Positions 12,799 through 24,747 of a stretch of DNA of 64,000 nucleotides are shown piece by piece. The first letter of the stretch is position 1. Every line of letters starts with the position of its first letter. Below the pieces are notes generated by a model that saw only the letters and a list, made by a program, of their open reading frames with translations, was not told the DNA's origin and made no database searches. Source of the DNA: Perna viridis (Eukaryota); contig CM074515.1 in NCBI GenBank assembly GCA_037379345.1, positions 30,879,801 to 30,943,800 of the forward strand, given 5' to 3'. Made by a program: the position numbers and the translations under genes.

Positions 12799-13902
12799 AT
12801 TTCTTTTCCGGTACACGTAATCTTGCATTTCTATTCAATTGTCGTTTCCCCCAGATTAGGTGTAGTACAATTTTGATAGACGCATTGTCACTGTGACGTT
12901 TTAAAATTCAAAGCATTACTTTTACTTGCGTTATTTTTCATATTCCATTTCTTCGCATATTCGAATACAGTGTTCAACATAACTTGAGATGTTACAATAA
13001 TGACCGTCCACCATAGATTTTATGCTCATTTGTTACATCGTCTTGCCCGGGTGACTTTGATGTTTTCAGTCCGTACTTGTTTTTCTAGTTCGTCAACCAT
13101 CATGGACGAACAGTCTGCTGTAACATTAGCTGTAACAGAATTTGACACGTTTTAGAAAGATTTGCATCACCGTGTTTATTCGGCTGTTCCGTATGTAACT
13201 GTCCGAAGTATTGTCCCTAAAAACTTCACCAGGAATAGAATTTTCTTTTATTGTAACTTATAGAGGACGGCAGTTTTTCGGTTTTTTTTTTTTCGAACTG
13301 TTCTATTGCATTCTCCTGTATCTACTTCCGCTCTCCTCATATTATCTATTTCTGTTCCACATAGTTTCAGCTTGACGTATACGTTTTCTGAAATCCCGTT
13401 TTGTTTCTTTGTATTCTATATACAGTTTATCTATATTGTCTCTGTTTGTCGTTGGCCAACCTCTTATGTCAAGGTCCGCGTTACTTAAAGTAAAATGCAT
13501 GCAGTCAGTAGGTCTTATAGTATGGTTTGAAGTAAGAGTAAAACTTTCCAAATGGAATGTTAGAATTAACACACATATGCATTTAATTAGACATACAAGT
13601 GTTATATTGTTGAATATCGTTAATAGTACTACATTTAATTTTCGGAGCTTTGAAGTTTAAAAGTCTGATTTTGTTTTTTGGTTTTTTTTTCGGTTTGAGA
13701 CATACGGATTTCCAAATCATTTGCATCGGACCATTTCATAACCTTTCTTTTTGATTAGCATATGTGTCACATATCAGATCAGTTGTCCGAGACACAAAAA
13801 ATGGGAGAATGATCAGATCTCCATATGGACAATCCCCACATACCTTGAGATTTAACACACAATTAACTACAAATTTAGGTCGACATACATAATCAATAAA
13901 AC

Positions 13903-14146
13903 ACCTTTTCATCTGTGGCAACATCCCTTCAGCGCCTGCGTATAGAGTGCTCATATCACAACTCATACGTTATGCCAGAGGTTGCCGAAACTACGCAGAG
14001 TTTTTGTATCGCGCTAGATTTTGAACAAATAGGCTTCTGGAACAGGGTTATATTACTACAAAATTGAAGTCAGAAGTTTTATGGTCGTCATCAGTAACTC
14101 TTGGATCGCTACGATGTATCTGTCTGCGTTCCCTTGATTACTCTTT
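13903..14146 (+). mobile_element. Penelope-like RT C-terminal fragment nested in the LINE
   Basis: FICGNIPSAPAYRVLISQLIRYARGCRNY...KFYGRH, homologous to 163-495, then joined directly to the element's last bases (gttcccttgattactctt). Confidence 0.85.
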
Positions 14147-14208
14147 GAATATCCTTTTTTCTGTATGTATAGTTTGGACCAACTTTTCTTTGCAATAAAG
14201 GGATCGCC

Positions 14209-14289
14209 TTAAAGATATCGACCTATGGTAAGGGAAATAACTCTTGAAATCACTGATATGTTTGTATCATTTTCAATTTTACCAAATTC
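14209..14289. mobile_element. MITE family A, partial
   Basis: gacctatggtaagggaaataactcttgaaatcactgatatg matches the family A end. Confidence 0.6.
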
Positions 14290-16020
14290 TAGATACATCT
14301 AAATGTTTCAAATATTCGTCTTTAAAATGGCGGATATGTTACAAAGTACATACTAGTATAACCACCTGAACCCCTACATGTATCATTAGTATTTTTGCCA
14401 ATACTGTAAATAATATGCAAGTCATCAGCAATAGTAAACAAAAACCATAAACTCTTCATTTAACCAATGTTCAGTCAAAAAACGAATATCGGTATTATTT
14501 AAAGAAATTGCAAGTATGTCCTGCCATATATGACACCACGACACCTCTAATGGTCAACATTGAAATCAATGAAAGAGTAACATCAATAACCCTTATTGTC
14601 GCTGTCCTCCTGATAACCCTTATTGTCGCTGTCCTGATAACTGTTCTTGGTAAGTTTTATTGTAAGACACATATTCTCACAAATAGATGTCTATCGGCCA
14701 AAATGTTTAATCCTTTACCTCAGTAATGAAGTATATTTCTGCAATATTAATTCGTATTATGTAAGTTAAGAGTCCTCTGTTTTCTCGTTTTCGCAAGAGC
14801 TTAGTAAAGGGTCACCTTCACACTTTCTTTTTGCGAAAGGTTTTACTACTTACTGACAAGTTCGTATGGCTTATCACCTTTTACATTGTACAAACCTATC
14901 GTTTTGTGTTTGTCTCCTGACAACACTTTTGAAATATCATCGTCCGATGTAAACCTATCAGTCTATTCCGGAATGTCATCACCATGTGTTAGCGGAATAC
15001 GATTACGGTTTATGTTAACTAATTGTTTCACTTGTTGAAATTCCGTTTACTTCTTCCTAGGTTCATCGATTGTGGTTGTGTAAAGTGTCTTTTTGTGCGC
15101 TAAAGGTCTAGTTTTACCACCGTTGTGTGATACATACGAACAAGGGTCTTCATATATGAGAAATGTAGTTTCATTGTTAGCTTTAGTATTTTTTTCAATA
15201 CTCCCGTTATTGTTTGGCGCACTATCTACTTAAAAAACTTTTTTGTTAGGCTTTGTTGTTACTCATGTTCTTTGGTATATTCCTGATTTTTTTTTCTTGC
15301 GGTTGTAGCTTTTGTTCTGCATGTATGTTTGTGTTTTGTGCTCAGATGTCCTTTGTTTGGGCTTTTAGAATTGTCACTTCTTCTTTTGTTTTTAACTTGT
15401 TCTTAAAGGACTGAATTTCATTGTCTAGTTTCTTAGTCAAGACATCAATTTTATCGTTTGTTTGGTTTGTTGATCCTGAAAAACCATGCTTTAGCTCATG
15501 TAAGGTACTAAAGATCTAAATATTTTGATATTGTATTTATTATTCAATTTCGTGTAAATCTCATTTATTGCAGAACTGTCGTCGTCGGTATTTATGGTCC
15601 CTCTTCTACCCTTTGATATGCAATGTCGAAGCTCGGATATGTCACTATCATTCCCCAGATAGTGATGTATTATGTAGATATCATCAGCCAGTCTATCTGA
15701 TAGAGCTGTACCACTTGTATTTGTTTTCTCAATACGTTTGCCGACTTGTAAATATGTTTCACGCTTGCAGATTAGATTTCCTTATGAAATTCATGTCTTG
15801 GACATCTGTGATTTTCACTATAAGTTCCTTTTTTCAAATGTTCTACGGTCTTTAATTAAAGTCATTTTCAGATGATTTTCAACCAAATTACAACTACATA
15901 CAGTTAGTCGAGCACATAACAAGGTCACCAAAGAAATGTCAAAAGTTCTTTATAAATCCTGTAATAATGATTTCACTTACTCGATCTTTTTACGTTGACT
16001 TTTCAACTAGAGGAGCTTAA

Positions 16021-16230
16021 GAGGTAGACCTAAGGTAAGAGACGCAACTCTTACATATCATCGGAACGTTTGAATTCAGTATTTTATGTCAATCTCATGT
16101 AAGCATCAAAGTAACTTGGATTAATTTCATTCTGTTTCAAATGAAAGCTTAATAAGCATTGGTAAATTGAATATGATACAAACATTTCACTAATTTCAAG
16201 AGTTATGTCCCTTACCCTAGGTCTACCTCC
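16021..16230. mobile_element. MITE family A, complete (TTAA TSD, Kolobok-like)
   Basis: ttaa-gaggtagacctaaggtaagagac ... gtcccttaccctaggtctacctcc-ttaa; ~30-bp TIRs that start with purines. Confidence 0.85.
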
Positions 16231-16694
16231 TTAATCTTAAATATGTTCGGTTACTGATTTCTAAATAAATTTTGCGTGTTGTTTGGATTTTAGTTCTTCT
16301 TATTTTTCCCTTTTACATTGCCTTTTTATTAGCACTTCATTTTAAATCTTTATAAGATAAGAAACGGTAGAATATGTAAAATAAATTATGTGTCAGTAAA
16401 TAAATCCTGAATCAAAGAAATGAAGCGGGTGAAATAGAATAAGAGATTTTTTAATCATAGTGCAAAATACTAGTAGGCTTTAGTTAAAAAATATTCAGTT
16501 GGAGCTGTCATACAGTAACGTAATTAGGTAGAAGTATTAATCTACTCATTATACTATTGTATTAATGTTTTGGCTCGTCAAATCTAAATTGATAACAAAT
16601 CTTCAACTGCAAAACCGTTATCCCCATTTTAACTGAGCAACCGTCAATTATATACAACTCAAAATATTACTAAAATAAACTGAAATTAAATTAT

Positions 16695-16856
16695 AATTAT
16701 TATTATGACTGTTATATATTTTCGGTTTATGAGGAAATAACCTCAATCACGTGGTGCACACTAAATTACCTGCGTAGTAGGTTATTTTCAAGTGGGCGCC
16801 ACGGGTATTAAGGTTATTTAAAATAGACCGAAAAGTATAAGTCATTCCTTACAATT
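16695..16856. mobile_element. Foldback/palindromic MITE
   Basis: Long imperfect inverted arms (atgact..ttttcggt..aataacct / aggttatt..accgaaaa..agtcat) around a central acctgcgtagtaggt. Confidence 0.6.
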
Positions 16857-18042
16857 TTACTTTATTATCAAAATTTAGTAAATCAGCAAAAAAGGTTGAT
16901 AACGTCTCCGTCACATTGCAAAATCTGGTCTATGAGTAGATCTTAAATAAGTGTAAACACACCTTAAGGCAAAGACAACAAAAATTCATTGTAACTGTCA
17001 AACTTAAAGTAAAATAACGACAGAAACACGCATTAATGCACACTTTTCACTTGAACAACCTATAAGACATTATACATAATTGCATGGAGAAAAGAGATCA
17101 AGCGGTATATACATTGAAATGTCATTCCTTTTTCTATCCGTCCGTCCGTCATTACGTTTGTTATTCTGACTATTGTTAGTCGCACATTTGTATCAACAAT
17201 TAATCCAAAACACTGGATGTGGCATAATTATCAGATAATGCCATTTTACACCTGCTGTTTTGATTTTTGATCCGAATGAGTTTTTAATTCTAATAAGCAT
17301 CACATTTACTAAAACAGTCCATTCTGTATCATCAACTCCTTCTAAATCACTGCGTAGACTTTAATGAAACTTCAAGAAAATGACAATTAGAGTTCTGTTA
17401 CTATGAAGTGTATCGATTTTGTTGTCGAGGCCTCCCAGGGCTCACTTAAATATGTATTTACATGTGCTGAAGACCTTTTTGGTGATCTCAGAAACCATAT
17501 CCGTTCTTTTTGGGAGGGTTTTGTCAACCGGTCGTTTTTTTATAATTTACAATTCGAATAAATTATAAGTTTAATATACTGAACATGAATTTTACCAATA
17601 ACTTATGCAGATGGTAAGGGCATTTGCTCCTCCTAAGCCAATGAGTGAATTTTCATGAAAGTTTTAGATTATAATTTTTGGTATGCCAATGCGCAACTGC
17701 TATTTTGATTTTGATTTGTATGAATTTTCAATTTGTGTTATCGTAACATGGACTGCCATTGCCTCAGGTTGATGGGGTACCCATTGTTTATCTGAAACTT
17801 CTGTTTTGTAATGAATATTGTGTAATTGTGTATTGCAATTGTGCACATTCTTTTTTAATTTTTTTTATGATTTCAATTTGGCAGAATTTAAGGTTTCTTG
17901 TAGTTTAAGTTTCATTCGGCTATGGACTGCGTAGATATAGTCTTACCTGATCTGGTCAGTAACAGGTTGATTTTCAGACTCCCTACATACTTCGGACGTT
18001 GGTCGGGCTCAGTTTAGGTTGTTTACGTAAATGTTCATGTTG

Positions 18043-18240
18043 AAGAATAATCAAGGGAACCAAAGCTATAGCGGTAATAAAAAAATTGTAATCCAGGGAC
18101 AAAGACCAGACATGGAAATAGACATACACAACAACGAACATAAAGTAACTAAAATCATGCATACAAAGTAACAAAAGCAAATGAGCAACTCGGACTCCAC
18201 TAAAAATTGGGAGCATGGACCAGGTGCACCGGTAGGGTAG
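18043..18240 (-). mobile_element. Penelope-like 3' UTR fragment
   Basis: Near-identical to 1-115 and to the reverse complement of 56650-56850. Confidence 0.85.
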
Positions 18241-19394
18241 GGAATTATTGCGATTTTCTCCTTGTAAAGAAAAAAGCGATTTTAGTTTTCGCTATTTAAA
18301 AAAAAGATCCCACGCTGGTTATCAAGAAAAATTTCAATGCGAGTTCTAATTGTTGCGATTTGATATCAGTTGGATTGTTCGCAATAAGTTGCAAACTTAC
18401 AATGTTCGTATCGATTCATGCCTTGATACTCTTAATTACATGTATTTGTTCAAGTAATTTTAAGATCATGTCGATTTCATGTAGTGCTGTCTGAATATTT
18501 TATAAGTTTTCAGAGGGTAAAGTAAAAACTGTTTTTATTTTTTAAAAGCGTTTATGAACTATAAGGATAGTTGATACCAATACAACAGGCATGTTTTCAT
18601 TTTAAATAATTTATTAATAGCACTCATAGAATTATTTTGAAGATGAGTGCATATTGTGATAAATTCATTTGCACTTAAAGCGTGGTAGTCGATGAGCATG
18701 CTTGATATGTACACTTCCGCTGGTGACTTTCTTTTGTTCTATCCCAAGCCCAATTACTTCGTGGAAGTATATGCCCCGTATGTTCATTAAATACCAAATA
18801 TTTAACACAAAAGGGTTTATACGAGATATGTTATTAAAAAAATACAATGCTCAAATTGTACACTCCTCTTATTTTTAGCAATCAATCATTTGTTAGTTCA
18901 AATTTTTAATGAAGTTAATTCGTTAATGTAAAAAAAAATCATAAACTTGGAGAAATAAACGAGTAAAAGTTGTTAGCAAACTTGATAAGGTATAAATAAA
19001 TCTTCTTAATTAGGGCATTTTAATTAATTTAATTAAAATTATGTGGTAAATTGCGAAAAAAGGTCACTTATTTTTTTTTGGGGGGGAGGAGGGGGGTGTG
19101 GGTTGGAGTGGGGGCTAATATTTTATCTATAAATGGACAATATTTTTTCAGCTAGTGCGTTTTTGTAAAGGTATATGACGTGGAAGTTACATTGTACTAG
19201 CAAGTTAGTTAGAGTTGTCTTCCTTTAAGTGATATCATAGTTCATTTTCAAACAGTAGAACTATACGCAACCATTGTTGAATTTCAATGCGTAGAAACAT
19301 TCTGAAGTACATATCAAAAACAAAAATATATGATCTTTCGACTCAAAAACCAACTCCTACATGATACTCAGATGAACAAGTATTTCACTTAATA

Positions 19395-19555
19395 TACATT
19401 GAAACCAGTATAAGCCGAACCATTTTTGGACTTTAAATAAAGTTTGTTCAGTTTACCCAGATGCGATATTTAAATTGATATAAGAGGCTTTAACAAGTGA
19501 CCAGTTTAGAAAGGATTTGGATTACTCTGGGGTCGGTTTATACAGTTGTACCGTA
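19395..19555. mobile_element. Tc1/pogo-like MITE abutting the serpin-1 stop codon
   Basis: ta-cattgaaaccagtataagccga ... tcggtttatacagttgtaccg-ta; imperfect TIRs with TA flanks. Confidence 0.55.
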
Positions 19556-20710
19556 CTAATTTCCAATGTAACGTCCCATGAATATGACAACGCTGTCCTT
19601 TTTGTTGACATTTTGAATTATGTAAAACAAAAATGGTTTGTCAGCAATGAATCTTCTGAAAGGATTATTTTCTGCTTTACTCGGTTCTATTAATGTTTTC
19701 TGAACTCCATTCATTTTCGTCACAACGTTGTGCACTGCCCCAGAAACGTATATTCTTTTATGTCCTTTGAAAAGATTATTAAAATCATTTTCGATTGTGT
19801 TAAAAATTCTTTTGACGCCAATTTTAGGCAAGTAGTCTTTTAAATTGATTTTGTTTTTCAGGAACAATTTAGGCAATGTGATATCAATATTATTAAACTT
19901 TGTACTCTTCTTCAAATAATGCAAAGCATCCATTGTAACCATCGCCTCAAACTCTGGCAATGTTTCTGGATTTTCTGGCAAAATGACAACGAGATTTAAC
20001 TGTTTACCTTTCAAAGGCAAAACTAGGACTTCGAATGCATTAAATTTTCCATACCTAGCTTTCTGAATACTTCTTATCATTGTCAAAGGCACCGTGTCAT
20101 TTTTCGAGACATAAAAATCTTGTGCTCCCGTAACGGGGTGAAACTTTTTCTTCCATTTCATGTTGAAAGTCATTGCATTAAGAAACACTGCAATTGTATT
20201 TTTGGTAATCATATCAGGTGTTATGAGATTGTCAAACTTTCTTTTAGTGTATCTCTTTATCCATCTATTTATTCCGGCAACAGAACCTATAGGATTATGA
20301 TGAAAATTTTTTCGCCTTATTGTCACGTCAAAATATTTTTTCGCTTCCTGTTCAAGGGTTTCATTTAAGATGCATTTCCTATCGATGAATATTTCATTCT
20401 GCAGATTAAATCCAATGCCTTTTCTTGGTGGAGGCAATACAGAGTCAAGCATTCTGAAAAGATGATTTGGCTTAAAGTGGTGTCTTCTGTGTCGTGGAAA
20501 AAACGCAGAGGACATTTGAGACTTAGTTCTTCCATTTGCACCCATCATAAGCAGCATAAGAATAGCTGAAAAGCTGTATGGAGATATCACAACGCTTTGT
20601 CCGTTTGGTGAGCCGACTGTTGTTAAATTTCTTGTAATGTTTGTATCCAAGGCAACATGATTGTGTGGCTGTAGTTTGGTGAAAGTTACCCAAACCTCTG
20701 ATATCTCCAT
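19556..20710 (-). CDS. Serpin 1: basic, atypical, predicted non-inhibitory serpin (384 aa)
   Basis: Intact ORF with VVISPYS, GANGRT, INRWI..T, FLNAMTFNMKW, LPLKG..LVVILP, ITLPK, FIADKPFLFYI and IFMGRY. The hinge consensus is absent. Confidence 0.92.
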   Translation of the reverse strand: MEISEVWVTFTKLQPHNHVALDTNITRNLTTVGSPNGQSVVISPYSFSAILMLLMMGANGRTKSQMSSAFFPRHRRHHFKPNHLFRMLDSVLPPPRKGIGFNLQNEIFIDRKCILNETLEQEAKKYFDVTIRRKNFHHNPIGSVAGINRWIKRYTKRKFDNLITPDMITKNTIAVFLNAMTFNMKWKKKFHPVTGAQDFYVSKNDTVPLTMIRSIQKARYGKFNAFEVLVLPLKGKQLNLVVILPENPETLPEFEAMVTMDALHYLKKSTKFNNIDITLPKLFLKNKINLKDYLPKIGVKRIFNTIENDFNNLFKGHKRIYVSGAVHNVVTKMNGVQKTLIEPSKAENNPFRRFIADKPFLFYIIQNVNKKDSVVIFMGRYIGN

Positions 20711-20763
20711 AGTTGTACAAACTAATTAAAGATAGCTTACACTTTTGCCACTGTGTTTTGCCC

Positions 20764-20775
20764 TTTTTTATATAT
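20764..20775 (-). promoter_or_regulatory. Candidate TATA box of serpin 1
   Basis: ATATATAAAAAAGG about 55 nt upstream of the ATG. Confidence 0.4.
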
Positions 20776-21292
20776 CGCTTTTTAACTTCGATCTCTTCTT
20801 AACTTCTGTTCTCATATATATTTGATGTTGCAGACTCACTCGGTATATCTAATTTAAACGGAACAAATAAGATTCTACTAAGAAAGTTACATGAATAATA
20901 AGATTTACCGAGGTTCATTGTTTGAAACGTTGTGTTTGTAAAGATTGCAGTGAAAAGGTTGCTACGACATTGAAACATAATGCGTATTGGAATTACTTTA
21001 TTGTTATGTGAACAATGAATATAATCTTCATCAGTTTGCAATTTGCCTACATCATATTTTTACCATATCTTATCCAATGTATAGTAAATGATTTTGCATT
21101 AATGGTTTTTATGACTTACTTTGAAACTTGGAACGTCTCGGATAGAAAAGAACAATTGCGCCAGGACCTAATAATACAAAAAGTGATATGAATTTTCGTG
21201 TAACCAAATTTAAGTTGTCATTAAAAAAAACTAAGACTGATTCGTTGTGTATTGTTGTTTATGTATGTATTGTTGTCATGTAGTAATTTTGT

Positions 21293-21323
<31 letters not shown>

Positions 21324-21449
21324 GTTTTGTTTGTTTAGATTGTTTGTTTGTTGTTTGTTTTTTTTTCTTTTTTAGCTTCTTTTGCATTTTTCATCAAAAT
21401 CCAAACATGCACACAAAACTGCATAATATTCAATGTTGTTTGCATGGCA

Positions 21450-21870
21450 GATAGTGCCAGAACATTGCTGTGAGCTGGTATCATGCCATAGTATCATTAT
21501 ATGCGGAAATCATTATTGAAAAAATTATTGTGCACCAATATAGTTCGCGAACATTATCGTTAGCTAAAACAGTGTCGAAACCCCATTGTGCGCTTGAAAT
21601 TGCCATAACACCATTGTGTGCTAGAACATTGCTATAACATAATTGTGTACTACTTCCGTAACACAATTGTGTGCTAGAACACCGTTATAACATCATTGTA
21701 TGCTAGAACATTGTTATAAACCTAACTATTTACTTGAACACTTTCATAACACCATTGTAAGCTAGAACACTGTTGTAACATCATTGCGTACTAATGCATT
21801 GTTATAACATCATTTTGTGCTAGAATCATTATCAACATCATGAGTGCTAGGATAGTGCAAGAATAATTGC
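21450..21870. repeat. Degenerate ~30-bp tandem repeat (cattgtgtgctagaacattgttataaca), left block
   Basis: GCTAGAAC core recurring about every 30 bp. Confidence 0.85.
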
Positions 21871-23500
21871 CCCAATTACGTCACAGACATAAAGCACTTT
21901 TAAGAGTGAAATAATAACAACATAGAACAAACATAAAACAAACATGAATGTTGGCGTTCGAAAATAGGCGTAAGTAGTTAACACAACTTATCAAAACAAT
22001 CATACTAAAAACAGATAGATACCTTACTGGTAGCAAAATCTAGCTTATACGTGTCAAGTTGTTGAAAATCATTTTCTGCTAGTACTGCTTGAACAAATAT
22101 GTACTCTCTTAAAATAAAACTTTGAAAAGTTGTGCATCAGAAAGTCGCCATGTGCATATTATCAGGAATTCAAGTTTGCACAAAATCTACAAAACTTCGA
22201 ATCTCGTGTTATTTTGTTCAGAATATTTGTCTTGGTTATAATATTACACCCTTTTTCATTGTAAGTGATTCATAATATATTGTTTAGGTGTTATGTCCGC
22301 AACTCATCGGAATTCTTGTTACCCCTTTTTATGTATTTTCTTGAATTTTTGTAGAATTGTGGATATCATCATACTTTTGTCGTAGCATAAAATAAAGAAA
22401 AGAATAATATATTATTTACTTGTACGCAAAATACATAGAAAACAATATATATACAGTTCCCACTGCCCACTTGGTCCATGTCCCGTTCCCAATAGCCCCA
22501 TTCCCCATTGCCCTACCCAATCGCTTCATTCCCCGTTGTCCAATGACCCATTCCTCGTTCTGAAGAGAAAAAGTAAGTAAATGTTTAACCACAGACATGC
22601 GTATTACGAGATGCGCAAAGTTCTGTGATGTAGTAATAATAAATCAATATCAATTTTAGAATCTTAAGCCGAAATCGCGTGATACTATCGCCACTCCGAT
22701 CGCGAGCTGCGTGATTAATAATCATGATTAATATTCTTAAAACAATAGATATATGCATGAATTGTGAACACATTCAATTTTGAAATTGATTATAAATGAA
22801 GTATTTATGGATATTCTTGATCATTTACATCAGATTATAAGGGGAAACCCTCATTTCCAAGTGTATATATTCCAGTCTTTATTCTGAAAAATAACATACT
22901 TCTGCAAATTTATGTCTGTGCAAACACATCTTATTTCAATAATGGAATGATATTATTGATTAAAATGTTAAATTTGTCAAAAATTTGCATCTTAGTTATG
23001 GATGCGACATATACATTTCAATGGCATATTTCAGCAAATTGTATGGGTGCGAACATTTTTATATCCAAAATCATTGCTTAAAATATCAAACGTAGCAATA
23101 TCAGTATCATGTTTGTTGCGCCACTTGTATTTCTGTCCAAAACTTTCAAAATTACATATTTTGCAAAGTGTATGTGTTTGAGCACTTTTAATATACTTAT
23201 CAGTCTAAAACTATTGTATAAAATGTTAGAATTGTCGATATAAGTATTATGTGGATTACTGTGATACATATACATCAGAGATAATTCTTAAAAAATAAGA
23301 TACTTTTGCAAATTGAATGAGTGCGAACACTTGAAATTGTCTCAAATAGTTTAAAATGTGAAAATTGTCAAAATAACCATCATATGTGTGGTTGCGGTAC
23401 TTAAAGTTCAGTCCAATTTCTAAAAAAAATTACATATTTCTGCAAATTGTATGCGTGCAAACACTTTTAATTTCAATAATGGTACAACAAAATTATATAT

Positions 23501-23655
23501 GTCTGAAAAATTCTCAACGATGTAAGAACTGTCAAATTTGAAAAGCAAAGTTTTGGTCGTTCTCTCCGCGGGACTCGAACTCGTACCGCTGTGACTTCTG
23601 TGGCAACACCGCCTGCACAAAGTCCAGCGCCATAGACCACTCTGCCAGCTAGGCT
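23501..23655 (-). mobile_element. tRNA-derived SINE-like Pol III unit, copy A
   Basis: Minus strand AGCCTAGCTGGCAGAGTGGTCTATGGCGCTGGAC...GAGTTCGAGTCCC contains A and B boxes; no complete cloverleaf. Confidence 0.7.
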
Positions 23656-23906
23656 ATATAAAAATATAGCTTTCGCTGGCCGGGTCATTCCTCCTCGTAG
23701 GATTAATATAAGGCTTCAACTTAATACATGATGTATGGTAGTACGTTACAGTTCATCTGTGTTAATATGTAGGATAGAGGATCAAATTAACGATACATGT
23801 CACAAGGAAGCTATATTATTATACGTATCAGAATGTGACGACTCTGTTCGCTTCACTGCTCCTTTGGATCAAATTGATACAGGGGAGATAACGAAAGTTT
23901 AGAAGG

Positions 23907-24051
23907 GTCTGAAAAATTTCCAACGATGTTAGAACTGTCGAATTTGAAAAGTCAAATGTTTGGTCGTTCCCTCCATGGGACTCGATCTCGTACCGCTGTG
24001 ACATGTGTGGCAACACCACCTGCACAAATTCCAGCACCCTAGACCACTCGG
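23907..24051 (-). mobile_element. tRNA-derived SINE-like Pol III unit, copy B
   Basis: Direct repeat of 23501-23645, ~406 bp away; CCGAGTGGTCTAGGGTGCTGGA...GAGATCGAGTCCC. Confidence 0.7.
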
Positions 24052-24747
24052 ATATATATTATATTAAATATTTAAAATGGCAATATTACTATCGTATTGT
24101 TGGTTGCAACACTCATATCTATGTCAAAAATTATAACAAATGACATTTTTTCTGCCATTGGGAGCAAACATTTTCAATTTCAAAAATGGTGTAATATTAT
24201 TTTTTTAATATATTAAATATGTCAGTATTAAAATCATGCGATTGTTTTGTGACAATACATTTATTTAAATCAAAATTGTCAAAAATGGCATATTTTTCAG
24301 AAATTGTATGAGCCCGAACATTTTCAATCGGTAATTGCCAGAAATTAGCTATTGTACTAAATATTAAAAATTTCAATAAATAATGAACTGCGATATACGA
24401 TATATTCCAAATTCTGTTAAATGATGGGTTTTTTTTCTAAACACTTTCAATTGCCGTCATAGAAATATGATAGGTTCGTACCAAAGCGAAAAAGGCAAAA
24501 CAAGTTTTTCGATTGACCATGCAAAATTATGCCCTTGCACCATTCCCTATATTCCATGCCCATTGCCCCATTCCCAATCTTCCAATTCCCCATGCCCCCA
24601 GTGCCCCATACCCCATAAAATGGTAAGATTATCCAATACAAAAACTGTAACCGAAGCAAACTTTAAAAAGCACTACATCGATTTAATAACGATTGTTGAA
24701 TAGTTCATACAAGCACTTTTCACATTAAGCAGTCTATTACAAGTGTA

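Larger units (their letters stand above)
4077..16010 (-). mobile_element. Decayed near full-length non-LTR retrotransposon (LINE; APE-RT-CCHC, RTEX/CR1-L2-like, clade uncertain), interrupted by nested insertions
   Basis: Minus-strand order: ORF1 remnant ending FWPIDIYL (~14700); APE motif DIRFLTEHWL (~14480); YKETKRDFRKRIRQ (~13400); KSPGQDDVTNEHKIYGG (~13030); LNTVFEYAKKWNMKNNASKS (~12950); ELLVKYQFTFFLKGYLTNNYF (~12130); then, past the Gypsy, CSLCKFYSNDNLLHHILSC (CCHC, ~4560-4505), AATAAA (4108-4103) and a (CAAC/CAAT)n tail (4099-4077). Confidence 0.8.
22880..24420. repeat. Degenerate ~130-145-bp satellite interrupted by tRNA-like repeats
   Basis: catatttctgcaaattgtatgngtgcraacac at ~22897, 23025, 23155, 23300 and 23433, resuming at ~24143 and 24289. 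Confidence 0.65.

Noticed and set aside
12505-12838. ORFs spanning the N run
   Set aside because: Artefacts of the assembly gap.
23555-23655. Functional tRNA gene
   Set aside because: A and B boxes are present, but the acceptor and anticodon stems do not close and the unit is duplicated with flanking sequence; treated as SINE-like.
22455-24620. CCCATT-rich tracts as the TIR pair of the MULE
   Set aside because: Both tracts are in the same orientation and on the same side of the transposase.
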